The translations under genes were made by a program, and so were the position numbers. The notes under the pieces were generated by a model. That model searched no databases, was not told the origin of the DNA, and saw only the letters and a program-made list of their open reading frames with translations. DNA of 63,979 bases, filler included. It is 5 parts of 5 records of this genome, joined end to end, with 100 filler letters (N's around TTAATTAATTAA, not from the genome) between each part and the next. Parts side by side here need not be neighbours in the genome. Positions count along the whole stretch, not along the records: positions 1 to 11,989 come from SRR2962707_4692; 4 more parts are not named here. One strand, 5' to 3'. Shown here in pieces: positions 1-9,173 of this stretch. Position 1 is the first letter of the stretch. Every line of letters starts with the position of its first letter.

Positions 1-85
1 GACGCCACTTTATCGGTTCGGACGCGCGACTAACCAAAGTGCTGGAGCAATTGACGCGATTCGAAGAAACGCGGAAATTCTCTAG
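1..85. repeat. Partial Rhizobiales-type intergenic repeat (MITE/RIME-like) ending in CTCTAG
   Basis: Sequence ...CTGGAGCAATTGACGCGATTCGAAGAAACGCGGAAATTCTCTAG resembles, from recall, the right half of alphaproteobacterial CTAGAGCATTTC...GAAATGCTCTAG repeats; cut by window start. Confidence 0.45.
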
Positions 86-1950
86 TCCTGAGAGGAATCG
101 GCGGCCTGCTCGGCGGGCGGTTGCTTGGTGATCTTTTCGTTGATCTTCCTGTTGCGCCGCGCGTCGATCTTGGTGCGCACGAATTCCCTGAGCTCCCGCC
201 CGCTCATGAACACCGGCACGCGCGCTTTCTGCGCGTCCTGATCGATGGCCAGCCCGGCTTCTGAAACCTCGCCCTCGATATCGACCTCGCGCACGATCAG
301 CTCCAGCGCCCCGATCGCCACCCGGTCGCCGATTTCCGCCGTCCCGCCCAGACGCTCGCGCATGTAGTCCCCGATGGTTTTCTCCAGCGAGACATTGGGG
401 CCGATCTGCGCATCATAGGCATCCTTGAGCGCAGCCAGTGGCCGCTCGGGATTGATCCGGAACTCCCCGAAGAAATCCTTGTCGTCGGCCTCCACCTTGG
501 TGGGGCTGGCAAACAGTCTGTCGAGCAGGCGCGTATAGCGCGGCGCGATGAACATATAGACGTAATCGCCGGCCTTGATGCGCCCGGCATACTGAAAGCG
601 CATCGATTGCCCGTCCCGCACGATCAGCGACGGACGCGCCCAGCGCGGCAGGCGTTCGCCCTCGGCCACCGGGCTGCCTTCGACAACGTGATAGACGATC
701 AACTCGTGATGCGCGCTGCCCGGCAATTCGAGCCCCACGCGCTCCACCGGCCCGATGCGCGGCGGCACGATAAGCCCCAGCCATTGCGCCATCGGCCGGA
801 TCGTCCAGCCCTGCACCAATAGCGACGTCAAAACGATGATGAACGCTGTATTGAACAGCACCGACCCGTTTTCGAGCAGCGCGATCAGCGGCAATATGGC
901 CAGAAGGATCGAGACCGCACCGCGCAGACCCACCCAGGAAATAAAGGCAATCTCGTCGCGCTGATACTGGAACGCCAGAAGGCACAGCCACACGGCAACG
1001 GGCCGCGCCACGAACATCAGGAACAATGCCAGCGCCACCGCCGGCAGTGCCACGTCGCCAAACTGGGACGGGCTGGCCAGGAGGCCCAGGATAAGAAACA
1101 TCACGATCTGGGCCAACCAGGTCATGCCGTCCTGAAAGCGCACCAGCGTTGCGCGCGCCCGCACCCGGCGATTGCCCGCCACCAGCCCCGCCACATAGGC
1201 CGCCAGCGCCCCCGACCCGCCTAAAAGCCCGGTAAAGGCAAACAGCAGCACCGCCATCCCCAGAACGATAATGGGGTAGAGCGCACCCTCGAGTTCGACC
1301 CGGTTGATGATGAAGACGATCGCCGCCCCTCCGGCAATGCCCAGCACCACGCCGAGCCCCATCTGCAATCCGAACCCGACGACAAAGTCGTGAGTGAACC
1401 CGGTGATCCCTGATCCCGAGGCCAGAAGTTCCACGAACATGATGGTCAGGAAAATCGCCATCGGATCGTTCGATCCCGATTCCACTTCCAGCGTCGAACG
1501 CACCTTGTCGCGAATGGTGATACCGCCCACGCGCAACAGGAAAAACACCGCCGCCGCGTCGGTCGAGGAGACGATTGCCCCCATCAACAGGCCCTCGGCC
1601 CAGCCGAACCCGAACATCAGGCGCGCCGCCATGCCCACGATTGCCGTGGTCAGGAGCACGCCAACCGTCGCCAGGACGATCGAAGGCGCCGCCGCCTGCC
1701 TGAACGATTTCAGCGATGTGCCGAACCCTGAATCGAAAAGGATGACCGCCAGCGCCAGCGAGCCCACGAAATAGGCAGTATTGACGTCGGAGAACTGTAT
1801 GCCGAGCCCGTCGCTGCCCGCCCCAAGGCCGATGCCCAGAAACAGCAGCAGCAAGGGCGCCCCGAAGCGGAACGCCACGAGACTGGTAAAAACCGAAACG
1901 ACGATGAGGGCCGCGCCCACGAGGAGCAGCGGATAAATCCAGTCGATCAT
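82..1950 (-). CDS. cvrA: Potassium/proton antiporter (CPA1, NhaP2/CvrA) with C-terminal TrkA-C/CorC-like domains
   Basis: About 12 TM segments; SSTDAAAVF, LEVESGSNDPMA and WVGLRGAV motifs; start moved to ATG 1950 (MIDWIY). Confidence 0.92.
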   Translation of the reverse strand: MIDWIYPLLLVGAALIVVSVFTSLVAFRFGAPLLLLFLGIGLGAGSDGLGIQFSDVNTAYFVGSLALAVILFDSGFGTSLKSFRQAAAPSIVLATVGVLLTTAIVGMAARLMFGFGWAEGLLMGAIVSSTDAAAVFFLLRVGGITIRDKVRSTLEVESGSNDPMAIFLTIMFVELLASGSGITGFTHDFVVGFGLQMGLGVVLGIAGGAAIVFIINRVELEGALYPIIVLGMAVLLFAFTGLLGGSGALAAYVAGLVAGNRRVRARATLVRFQDGMTWLAQIVMFLILGLLASPSQFGDVALPAVALALFLMFVARPVAVWLCLLAFQYQRDEIAFISWVGLRGAVSILLAILPLIALLENGSVLFNTAFIIVLTSLLVQGWTIRPMAQWLGLIVPPRIGPVERVGLELPGSAHHELIVYHVVEGSPVAEGERLPRWARPSLIVRDGQSMRFQYAGRIKAGDYVYMFIAPRYTRLLDRLFASPTKVEADDKDFFGEFRINPERPLAALKDAYDAQIGPNVSLEKTIGDYMRERLGGTAEIGDRVAIGALELIVREVDIEGEVSEAGLAIDQDAQKARVPVFMSGRELREFVRTKIDARRNRKINEKITKQPPAEQAADSSQD

Positions 1951-2213
1951 CCCCAAATGACCCGATCTAATATGTTTGGCAGCCGGCCGAACCGGCCGCG
2001 GAGGTATATGAATTAATAGCGGCAATGATTACGGCGCCAATGCGTCACGTCCACCCCCGAAGGGCAAAAAAACGCTGTCGCGGCAAAAAATTAGCCCCTA
2101 TCGGGTGGGGTTTGTGACAACCGGGTCAGAGACGCCTCTTGCGTGCGCCTGCGCGCCCGATAATATCTGAAGCTTCGGACTTTTTCTCCCTTGGACGCTG
2201 GAGGTCTTCGATC

Positions 2214-3050
2214 ATGTCGGTAAAAATCTCATTGTTGCGCAGCATCGCTGTCGTGGCATCGCTCTCGGTTGCACTTGCTGTCGGCGCAGCCCACGCTCAG
2301 GACAACACCCCCGACGATGCGCGCCTGTTCACGCCGGGCCAACTCACAGTCGCAACCTCCGACCCGGTCTTTCCGCCCTGGATGATGGACAACGACCCCT
2401 CCAACGGCGAAGGGTTTGAAAGCGCTTTCGTTTATGCCCTCGCCGAAAAGATGGGCTTTGCGGCCGAAGACGTGGTCTGGGTGCGCGAGACCTTCGATCA
2501 GGCCATAGCGCCGGGAGCCAAGGACTATGATTTCGGCATCCAGCAGATCTCGGTCACCGAGGATCGCGCCCAGATCGCCACCTTCTCCGACGTTTACTAC
2601 CAGCCGCAAAAGGCCGTCGTCGCCATGCCCGGCTCGGCAGTCGAACAGGCAACCAGCTTTGCCGATCTGCGCGAAGTGCGCTGGGGCGTGATGATCGACA
2701 CCACCGATCTCGATTACGTCGAAGAGATCATCGGCGTCACCGAACCCGCCGTCTATAACGATCAGGTCGGCCTGTTTCAGGCCCTGCAGGGCAATCAGAT
2801 CGACGCAGTCGCCACCGAACTGCCCACGGCGCTCTATCTCACCGCAGTCCAGGTGCCCGACGCCACCATCGCCGCCATTCTCACTCCCGACGAAAACGAT
2901 TACGGCCACGGCCTGATCTTCGAGCAGGGCAACGACCTTGTCGAATGGGTCAATGAAGCGATCGCCGAACTGAAATCCGAAGGCGTCATCGACGCGCTTG
3001 TCGCCCAGTACCTGATCGCCGATCCCGACCTGCCGGTCATCACCGAATGA
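2214..3050 (+). CDS. Polar amino acid ABC transporter substrate-binding protein (family 3)
   Basis: Signal peptide (AHA-Q), LTVAT..PPW motif; GGAGG RBS at 2200-2204; operon with permease and ATPase. Confidence 0.88.
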   Translation: MSVKISLLRSIAVVASLSVALAVGAAHAQDNTPDDARLFTPGQLTVATSDPVFPPWMMDNDPSNGEGFESAFVYALAEKMGFAAEDVVWVRETFDQAIAPGAKDYDFGIQQISVTEDRAQIATFSDVYYQPQKAVVAMPGSAVEQATSFADLREVRWGVMIDTTDLDYVEEIIGVTEPAVYNDQVGLFQALQGNQIDAVATELPTALYLTAVQVPDATIAAILTPDENDYGHGLIFEQGNDLVEWVNEAIAELKSEGVIDALVAQYLIADPDLPVITE

Positions 3051-3940
3051 CCTCTGGACTACCGCCGCAAGGCGCCTTTACCGATGCGGCTCCCGAAACG
3101 GAGCCGCGTCGGCCCCTCCCCCCGGCTAAAAAGAAGCTGCGCGCCAGAGATCGCTATCTGCCGGCCATCATCTCGCTTGCCATGGTCGCTGTCGTGTTCG
3201 GCGCCATCGCCTATGCTGTGACCTCGGCCGAGGCATGGCCCCGCATCGCGCGGCAGTTTTTCGATCTCGGCGCCATGGCCGCCTCCTTCCCCCAGGTGCT
3301 GCGCGGCTTCTGGCTCAATCTTCAGGTCTGGGTCATCTGCCTGTTCGCCATCATGGCGTGGGGGCTGGTGCTGGCCCTGTTCCGCTCGCTGACCGGGCCG
3401 TGGTTTGCGCCCCTGCGGGTGTTTACAGTCGTCTATATCGATCTGTTCCGCGGCCTGCCGGTCTTGCTGCTCGTTCTGATTTTCGGCTTCGGCATTCCGG
3501 CGCTCAACCTTCCGGGCCTGCCCAATTCGGCGCTGTTCTGGGGCGCCACCGCCATGGTCATTTCCTATGCCGCCTATTCGGCCGAAATCTACCGCTCGGG
3601 CATCGAGGCGGTCCATGACGGCCAGCGTGCCGCCGCCACCGCGCTCGGCCTCTCCCAATGGCAGACAATGCGCTATGCCATCCTGCCTCAGGCCATCCGC
3701 AACGTCATGCCCGTGCTTTTGAACCTCGCCGTCGCCCTGCAGAAAGACGTGGCGCTGCTCTCGGTCATCGGGGTGCGCGACGCAGTGCGCGAAGCCCAGA
3801 TCTACACCGCCCAGACCTTCAACTATTCTTCGCTGATCGCCGCCGCGCTGCTGTTTCTCGTCGCGACGATCCCCATGGCACGCCTGACCGACTACTTCTC
3901 GAAAAAAGACCGCCAGCGTCGCCTTCAGGGGGCCATGTGA
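3047..3940 (+). CDS. Amino acid ABC transporter permease
   Basis: FRGLP, AYSAEIYRSGI and EAA-like loop ALGLS..QTMRYAILPQA; ATGA overlap with upstream gene. Confidence 0.92.
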   Translation: MTSGLPPQGAFTDAAPETEPRRPLPPAKKKLRARDRYLPAIISLAMVAVVFGAIAYAVTSAEAWPRIARQFFDLGAMAASFPQVLRGFWLNLQVWVICLFAIMAWGLVLALFRSLTGPWFAPLRVFTVVYIDLFRGLPVLLLVLIFGFGIPALNLPGLPNSALFWGATAMVISYAAYSAEIYRSGIEAVHDGQRAAATALGLSQWQTMRYAILPQAIRNVMPVLLNLAVALQKDVALLSVIGVRDAVREAQIYTAQTFNYSSLIAAALLFLVATIPMARLTDYFSKKDRQRRLQGAM

Positions 3941-4683
3941 CCGACCGCATTACCATTACCGGGCTCACCAAATATTATGGCGAGACCCTCGTTCTCGACG
4001 ACATCAACCTCGCCATCGCCCCCCACGAAGTCGTCTGCCTGATCGGCGCTTCAGGCTCGGGCAAGTCGACCCTTTTGCGCTGCATCAACAGGCTCACCGA
4101 ATTCGACTACGGCACTGTGGCGCTCGACGGTGTCTCCCTCGAAGACCCCTCCTGGGGTCGCAACGGGGTCTATCGCAGGATCGGTATCGTATTCCAGTCC
4201 TACAATCTCTTTCCCCATATGAGCGTGATGGAAAACATCACCCTCGCCCCGCTCAAGGTCCACGGCACACCAAAGGCCGAGGCGCTGGCCACCGCCCGCG
4301 AACTGCTCGGTGCCTTTGGCATGGCCGAGTTCGAAAACGCCTATCCCGAGCAATTGTCCGGCGGCCAGCAACAGCGCGTCGCCATCGTGCGCGCTCTGGC
4401 CACCCAGCCCGAAGTCATGCTGTTCGATGAAGTGACCGCCGCGCTCGATCCCGAACTGGTCGGCGAAGTGCTGGCCATCATCCGCAAGCTCAAATCCGAC
4501 GGCATGACAATGGTTATCGTCACCCACGAAATGGGCTTCGCCCGCGACGTCGCCGACAGGGTTTGCTTTCTCGACGGCGGCCGCATCGTGGAAGAAGCCG
4601 AGCCGAAAACCCTGTTCTCGAACCCGCAAAACCCCCGCACCCGTAAATTCCTGCAACGGATAATCGAGGCCGGACGGCTCTAG
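3937..4683 (+). CDS. Amino acid ABC transporter ATP-binding protein (GlnQ-like)
   Basis: Walker A GASGSGKS, LSGGQQQRVAI, Walker B MLFDE, VTHEMGF; GTG start overlaps permease stop (GTGA). Confidence 0.93.
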   Translation: MTDRITITGLTKYYGETLVLDDINLAIAPHEVVCLIGASGSGKSTLLRCINRLTEFDYGTVALDGVSLEDPSWGRNGVYRRIGIVFQSYNLFPHMSVMENITLAPLKVHGTPKAEALATARELLGAFGMAEFENAYPEQLSGGQQQRVAIVRALATQPEVMLFDEVTAALDPELVGEVLAIIRKLKSDGMTMVIVTHEMGFARDVADRVCFLDGGRIVEEAEPKTLFSNPQNPRTRKFLQRIIEAGRL

Positions 4684-4714
4684 GTGAACCGCCCCTGCCA
4701 AACCCACCCCCCTG

Positions 4715-4741
4715 GTCACCCCGGCCCTGAGCCGGGGTCCA
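4715..4741. repeat. REP-like palindromic element GTCACCCCGGCCCTGAGCCGGGGTCCA
   Basis: Stem ACCCCGGC/GCCGGGGT between convergent genes; resembles the alphaproteobacterial GTCACCCCGG..CCGGGGTCCA repeat. Confidence 0.55.
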
Positions 4742-4809
4742 GTACGCTCACCGCCTGAGGCAGAACCGCCCGCTCCGCCGCTACCGTGAAAGCGAGAAGC
4801 CAAAGCGCC

Positions 4810-5382
4810 CTAATCCCGCGCCACGGCCTTCCAGCACATGTCCGCGATCCACGCATATTCGCTCTCGTCGATCGGCGTGGGGTCGAGCCGCCGGCGCTTG
4901 ATCGTGTGGCGGATGGCCCCGCGCACAAAGCTCCCCAGAAGGTAGGCACGCCCCTCGCGCACCACGCCCGCCGCGCGCGCGCCCTCGAACAGCCTGCGGG
5001 TATAATCGACGAACCCGGAAAAGGTCGCCGCGATGTCGGTAAGGCTCAACTCTGGCGAATTGTCGAGATATTCAAACAGCTTGGCCCGCTCGGCATCGGC
5101 CGCGATGAACTCGATATAATTGGCGATATAGCCCTTGATGCGGCCCTCATGGCTGACCTCATCCGCGTGCTCGACAACCACCGCGCGCGACATCTGCTCG
5201 CCGACCCGCACATAGACGCCAAGCACCATCGCCCGCTTTGAGGGAAAATAATTGTAGAGCGACCCGGTCGCCACGCCGGCCCGCTCGGCAATGGCAGCCA
5301 TCGAGCACTGCAAGCCGTTTTCCACAATCAACTGAGCCGCAGCATCGAGGATTTTGTCCTTCTTGCCGATCGTCGCTTCCAT
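4810..5382 (-). CDS. TetR/AcrR family transcriptional regulator
   Basis: N-terminal HTH ILDAAAQLI...IAERAGVATGSLYNYF; start uncertain (5382 or 5403). Confidence 0.9.
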   Translation of the reverse strand: MEATIGKKDKILDAAAQLIVENGLQCSMAAIAERAGVATGSLYNYFPSKRAMVLGVYVRVGEQMSRAVVVEHADEVSHEGRIKGYIANYIEFIAADAERAKLFEYLDNSPELSLTDIAATFSGFVDYTRRLFEGARAAGVVREGRAYLLGSFVRGAIRHTIKRRRLDPTPIDESEYAWIADMCWKAVARD

Positions 5383-5384
5383 AC

Positions 5385-5402
5385 TGAATGAACCTTCATT
5401 CA
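5385..5402. promoter_or_regulatory. TetR operator palindrome TGAATGAA-CC-TTCATTCA
   Basis: Perfect 8-2-8 inverted repeat 2 bp upstream of the tetR ATG. Confidence 0.75.
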
Positions 5403-5410
5403 CCTGTCAT
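5393..5410 (+). promoter_or_regulatory. Candidate PHO box CCTTCAT-tcac-CTGTCAT
   Basis: Two heptamers at 11-bp spacing, the second a perfect CTGTCAT; TAGCTG -10-like element 10 bp downstream; precedes the phosphoesterase/ABC operon. Confidence 0.45.
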
Positions 5411-5538
5411 GTTCCGACGGTAGCTGTGTTTGCAGCCGGGCACAAGTCTTTCGCCCAAAGCGCGGCGTGCGCGCCGAAAGACGATCGGCTCAAGGCGTCC
5501 AAAACGGACGCAATGCCATCAACATCAGGACACGCGTC

Positions 5539-6405
5539 ATGACCGATCTCTTCACCTTCGTCCATCTCACCGATCTCCATATCGGCAATCCCGACATTGT
5601 CGACGATCACCTGTTTTCCGACACCACGGCAAACCTCAAGGCGCTGCTGGCCGACATCAAGACGCTGGTCCCCCAGCCCAAATTCATCGTCGCCACCGGC
5701 GATCTGACCAACCAGGGCGATGAAGGCAGCTACCGCAATCTCAAGGCCATCCTTGATGACGCGGCGCTCGAAATCCCCATGTTCTTCGCGCTGGGCAATC
5801 ACGACAAGCGCGACGGCTTTTACACCGGCATGCTGGGCCGCAACGAAGATCTCGGCGCCCCGTTCTTCCATGCGCAGGTCATCGATGGCGTCCACCTCAT
5901 CACTCTTGATTCGAGCACACCGGGCAAGGTTGGCGGCTCGTTCGAGCCTGAACAGTTCGCCTGGCTCGAAGCCGAACTCGACGCCCACCCCGATCTCCCC
6001 AAGCTGATCGCCGTCCACCACGCCCCGGCCCTCGATGAGGACAGGCCCGATATGGAATGGGAAAGCCTCACCATCGCCGACACGCTCAAGCTGCGTGATC
6101 TGCTCGCCGGCCGCAATATCCTGGGCATCCTTTCGGGCCACATCCATTTCGACCGCGTTTCCAATTGGCACGGCATTCCCGTCGTCGTCGGCATCGGCAC
6201 CCACGCCGCAACCGACGTCACCTATCTCCATGAAGGCATGCGCATGGTCGAAGGCGCTTCGCTCGCGCTTGGCACTGTCCGCCCCTCGGGCCTGACCATC
6301 TCCTTTGTGCCCCAGCCCTCGCAACGCCGCGAACTCCACAGCTTCACCTTTGCGGGCATGGCCGAAATGCTCCGCAAATACGAAGCCACCCAGGCCGCCG
6401 AATAA
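5539..6405 (+). CDS. Metallophosphoesterase, CpdA/GpdQ-like phosphodiesterase
   Basis: Motifs TDLH, TGDLT, GNHD, HH, GHIH; AGGA RBS. Confidence 0.9.
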   Translation: MTDLFTFVHLTDLHIGNPDIVDDHLFSDTTANLKALLADIKTLVPQPKFIVATGDLTNQGDEGSYRNLKAILDDAALEIPMFFALGNHDKRDGFYTGMLGRNEDLGAPFFHAQVIDGVHLITLDSSTPGKVGGSFEPEQFAWLEAELDAHPDLPKLIAVHHAPALDEDRPDMEWESLTIADTLKLRDLLAGRNILGILSGHIHFDRVSNWHGIPVVVGIGTHAATDVTYLHEGMRMVEGASLALGTVRPSGLTISFVPQPSQRRELHSFTFAGMAEMLRKYEATQAAE

Positions 6406-6416
6406 GGATGCTCGAG

Positions 6417-7718
6417 ATGAACCGCAGAACCCTTCTCCTGGCCGCCTCGGCCACGCTCATGCTGGCCGGCGCATTGCCCGCCACCGCCCAGACCATCCCG
6501 TCCACCATCGATGAGCCGGTCACCATCACGTTCTACAACTACAATCTGGGCTCAGCCGGCATCGGCGCAGACGCGACCCGCAAGCTGATCGATGAGTTCA
6601 TGGCCGCCAATCCCAACGTCACAGTTGAGGGCATCGGTGCCGCAGCTGGCGATTTCCAGGCCCGCGTTCAGGCCGACCTGGCCGCCGGACAACCGGTCGA
6701 CCTTGTCCAGATGGTGTTTTCCGACCTCGATTTCACAGCAAACAACTTTGGCGCCGTGGCGCTCGAAGACATCGTTCCCGCACAAGAACTGGACGACCAT
6801 TTCGAAGGCATGGTGCCCAACGGGCTCGATCTGGGGCGCCTCGACGGCAAGACCTATTCGCTCGCCTATACATTCTCCACACCGGTCCTGTTCTACAACG
6901 CCGATATCTTCCGCGCCGCCGGTCTCGATCCCGACCAGCCGCCCAAGACATGGGACGAAGTGCTTCAAACCGCTCTGGCCATCCAGGAGAACACCGACAA
7001 GACCGGCTTTGCCGCCGGTATTTTCGGACCCAGCGCCATGGATTGGCTCTTCCAGGGCGTGGTGCGTTCCAACGGCGGCGAAGTGCTCTCGCGCGACCGC
7101 ACGACGCTCAAATTCGCCGAACCCGAGTCGGTCGAGGCCGTGCAGATGCTGCGCGACATGTACGATGCTGGCGCCTTCGATCCCCTCGATATCACAGCGG
7201 CGCTGGAAGGCATGTCGGCCGGCAATATCGGCATGTATCTCCAGACCAGCGCCGTGCAGGCGTCGCTGGTTGCCGGCGCACAAGGCAATTTCGAACTGCG
7301 CGCCTCCACCATGCCCAGCTTCGGCGACAAGCCGGTCCGGCCCAACAATTCGGGCAGCGGGCTGACCATTCTGGCCCAGGATCCCCTCAAGCAGCGCGCC
7401 GCCTGGGAGCTCATGAAATTCCTCACCTCCGAGCACGGTTACACCGTCATTACCTCAGAGATCGGCTATCTGCCGCTGCGCCCGGCCATCGTCGACGATC
7501 CGCGCTACCTCAAGGATTGGGTTGCCGACCACCCTCTGGTCCAGCCCAACCTCGACCAGCTCGCCATTCTCGAGCCCTGGGATTCTATGCCCGGCCCCAA
7601 CTATCGCCAGATCGTCAGCCTGATGATGGATGCCGCTGAAATGGCCGTCTATGGCGGCACCGATGTCGAAGCCACATTGCGCGACGCACAGGCCAACGCC
7701 CAGTCCCTGATGCCTTAA
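6417..7718 (+). CDS. ABC transporter substrate-binding protein (CUT1/UgpB-like), copy 1
   Basis: Tat-like NRRTLL signal; STPVLFYNADIF..AGLDP..PPKTWDE; AAWELMKFL. Confidence 0.9.
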   Translation: MNRRTLLLAASATLMLAGALPATAQTIPSTIDEPVTITFYNYNLGSAGIGADATRKLIDEFMAANPNVTVEGIGAAAGDFQARVQADLAAGQPVDLVQMVFSDLDFTANNFGAVALEDIVPAQELDDHFEGMVPNGLDLGRLDGKTYSLAYTFSTPVLFYNADIFRAAGLDPDQPPKTWDEVLQTALAIQENTDKTGFAAGIFGPSAMDWLFQGVVRSNGGEVLSRDRTTLKFAEPESVEAVQMLRDMYDAGAFDPLDITAALEGMSAGNIGMYLQTSAVQASLVAGAQGNFELRASTMPSFGDKPVRPNNSGSGLTILAQDPLKQRAAWELMKFLTSEHGYTVITSEIGYLPLRPAIVDDPRYLKDWVADHPLVQPNLDQLAILEPWDSMPGPNYRQIVSLMMDAAEMAVYGGTDVEATLRDAQANAQSLMP

Positions 7719-7725
7719 GTCACCC

Positions 7726-7753
7726 GCCGGCGGCGCCACCGCCGCCGGCTTTT
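7726..7753 (+). terminator. Intra-operon GC stem-loop with U tract
   Basis: GCCGGCGGCG-CCAC-CGCCGCCGGC-TTTT. Confidence 0.7.
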
Positions 7754-7804
7754 CCTTTCTGTTTTCCACGGGCGGCACAGCGCGGCCCGGAAAAGGACAC
7801 CCCG

Positions 7805-9109
7805 ATGCTCAAACCGTCAGCACAGCTAATCGCTGCCCTGCTTGCCACCCTCTCGGTGCCGGCAGCCCTGGCCCAGTCGATGCCCGCCACCGTCGATCAG
7901 CCGGTCGAAATCACCTATTACAACTATAACCTAGCCTCCACCGGCATCGGCGCCGAAGCGACCCGCGGAATGGTCGAGGCCTTCGAAGCGGCCAACCCCA
8001 ACATCACGGTCAACGCCGTACCCGTTCAATCGACCGAAATGGTATCGCGCACCCAGGCCGATCTCGCCGCCGGCATCGGCCCAGACGTTACCCAGACCGT
8101 GTTCGACGATCTGGCCTACACGATCGACAATTTCGGCGCCGCCGCGCTCGAAGACATCGTTCCCGCCGACGAGTTGGCCGCCCATTTCGACGGCATGTCC
8201 GAAAACGGGCTGAACCTTGGCCGCCTAAATGGCAAGACCTATGCCCTGGCCTATACGTTCTCCACACCCGTGCTGTTCTACAACGCCGATCTTTTCCGCG
8301 CGGCCGGTCTTGACCCCGACCAGCCCCCCGCAACCTGGGACGCGCTACGCGAAGCCGGCGTTGCCATTGCCGAACAGACCGATGCCAGCCCCTTTGAAGC
8401 GGCCATCGTCGGCGCCGGCTCGGGCGGGGACGATTGGGTGCTGCAAAGCGTCATCCTCTCCAATGGTGGACGGACCCTTTCGGAAGACCGCACCACGCTG
8501 ACCTTCGCAGAACCCGAGGCCATCCAAGCCATCCAGACGATGCGCGATCTCCACGATGCCGGTGTTTACGGCGCCACAGATCTCGGCTCGTCCATGGAAG
8601 CCATGGCCTCGGGACAGCTTGGCATGTACCTCACCTCCTCGGTGCTCCAGGCCTATTTCATCGCCGGCTCGGAAGGAAAATTCGAACTCCGCTCCGCCGC
8701 CATGCCCGGCTTTGGCGATCGTCCTGCTTCCCCCACCAATTCGGGTTCGGGCCTCGTCATCCACACAGCCGATCCGCTCAAGCAGCGCGCTGCCTGGGAA
8801 TTGATGAAGTTCATGACTTCGCGTGAGGCCTACACCACCATCACCTCCCAGATCGGCTATGTCCCGCTGCGCACCGACATCGTCACCGATCCGGCCTATC
8901 TGGCCGATTGGGTCGCCGAGCATCCCCTGGTCCAGCCCAATCTCGACCAGCTCGAACGCCTCGAACCCTGGGTCGCCTATCCCGGCCCCAACTACCGCCA
9001 GATCAATTCGCTGATGATGGATGCGATGGAAATGGCCGTGTTCGGCGGCGCCGATGTCGAGGCCACGCTGACCGAGGCCCAGGCCAACGCTCAGTCCCTG
9101 ATGCCCTGA
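7805..9109 (+). CDS. ABC transporter substrate-binding protein (CUT1/UgpB-like), copy 2
   Basis: Colinear paralog of copy 1; Sec-type signal ALA-Q; AAGGA RBS. Confidence 0.9.
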   Translation: MLKPSAQLIAALLATLSVPAALAQSMPATVDQPVEITYYNYNLASTGIGAEATRGMVEAFEAANPNITVNAVPVQSTEMVSRTQADLAAGIGPDVTQTVFDDLAYTIDNFGAAALEDIVPADELAAHFDGMSENGLNLGRLNGKTYALAYTFSTPVLFYNADLFRAAGLDPDQPPATWDALREAGVAIAEQTDASPFEAAIVGAGSGGDDWVLQSVILSNGGRTLSEDRTTLTFAEPEAIQAIQTMRDLHDAGVYGATDLGSSMEAMASGQLGMYLTSSVLQAYFIAGSEGKFELRSAAMPGFGDRPASPTNSGSGLVIHTADPLKQRAAWELMKFMTSREAYTTITSQIGYVPLRTDIVTDPAYLADWVAEHPLVQPNLDQLERLEPWVAYPGPNYRQINSLMMDAMEMAVFGGADVEATLTEAQANAQSLMP

Positions 9110-9116
9110 TCCCTTC

Positions 9117-9143
9117 GGCCGCGGGGGCATCACCCTCGCGGCC
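9117..9143 (+). other. Stem-loop after the second SBP gene (likely mRNA stabiliser)
   Basis: GGCCGCGGGGG...CCCTCGCGGCC between SBP and permease. Confidence 0.5.
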
Positions 9144-9173
9144 CCCCTTTCAAAGATTTCGTGGTGCTCGCTC

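Noticed and set aside
6417..9109. SBP duplication as a misassembly
   Set aside because: The copies differ at many synonymous and non-synonymous sites and in their leaders
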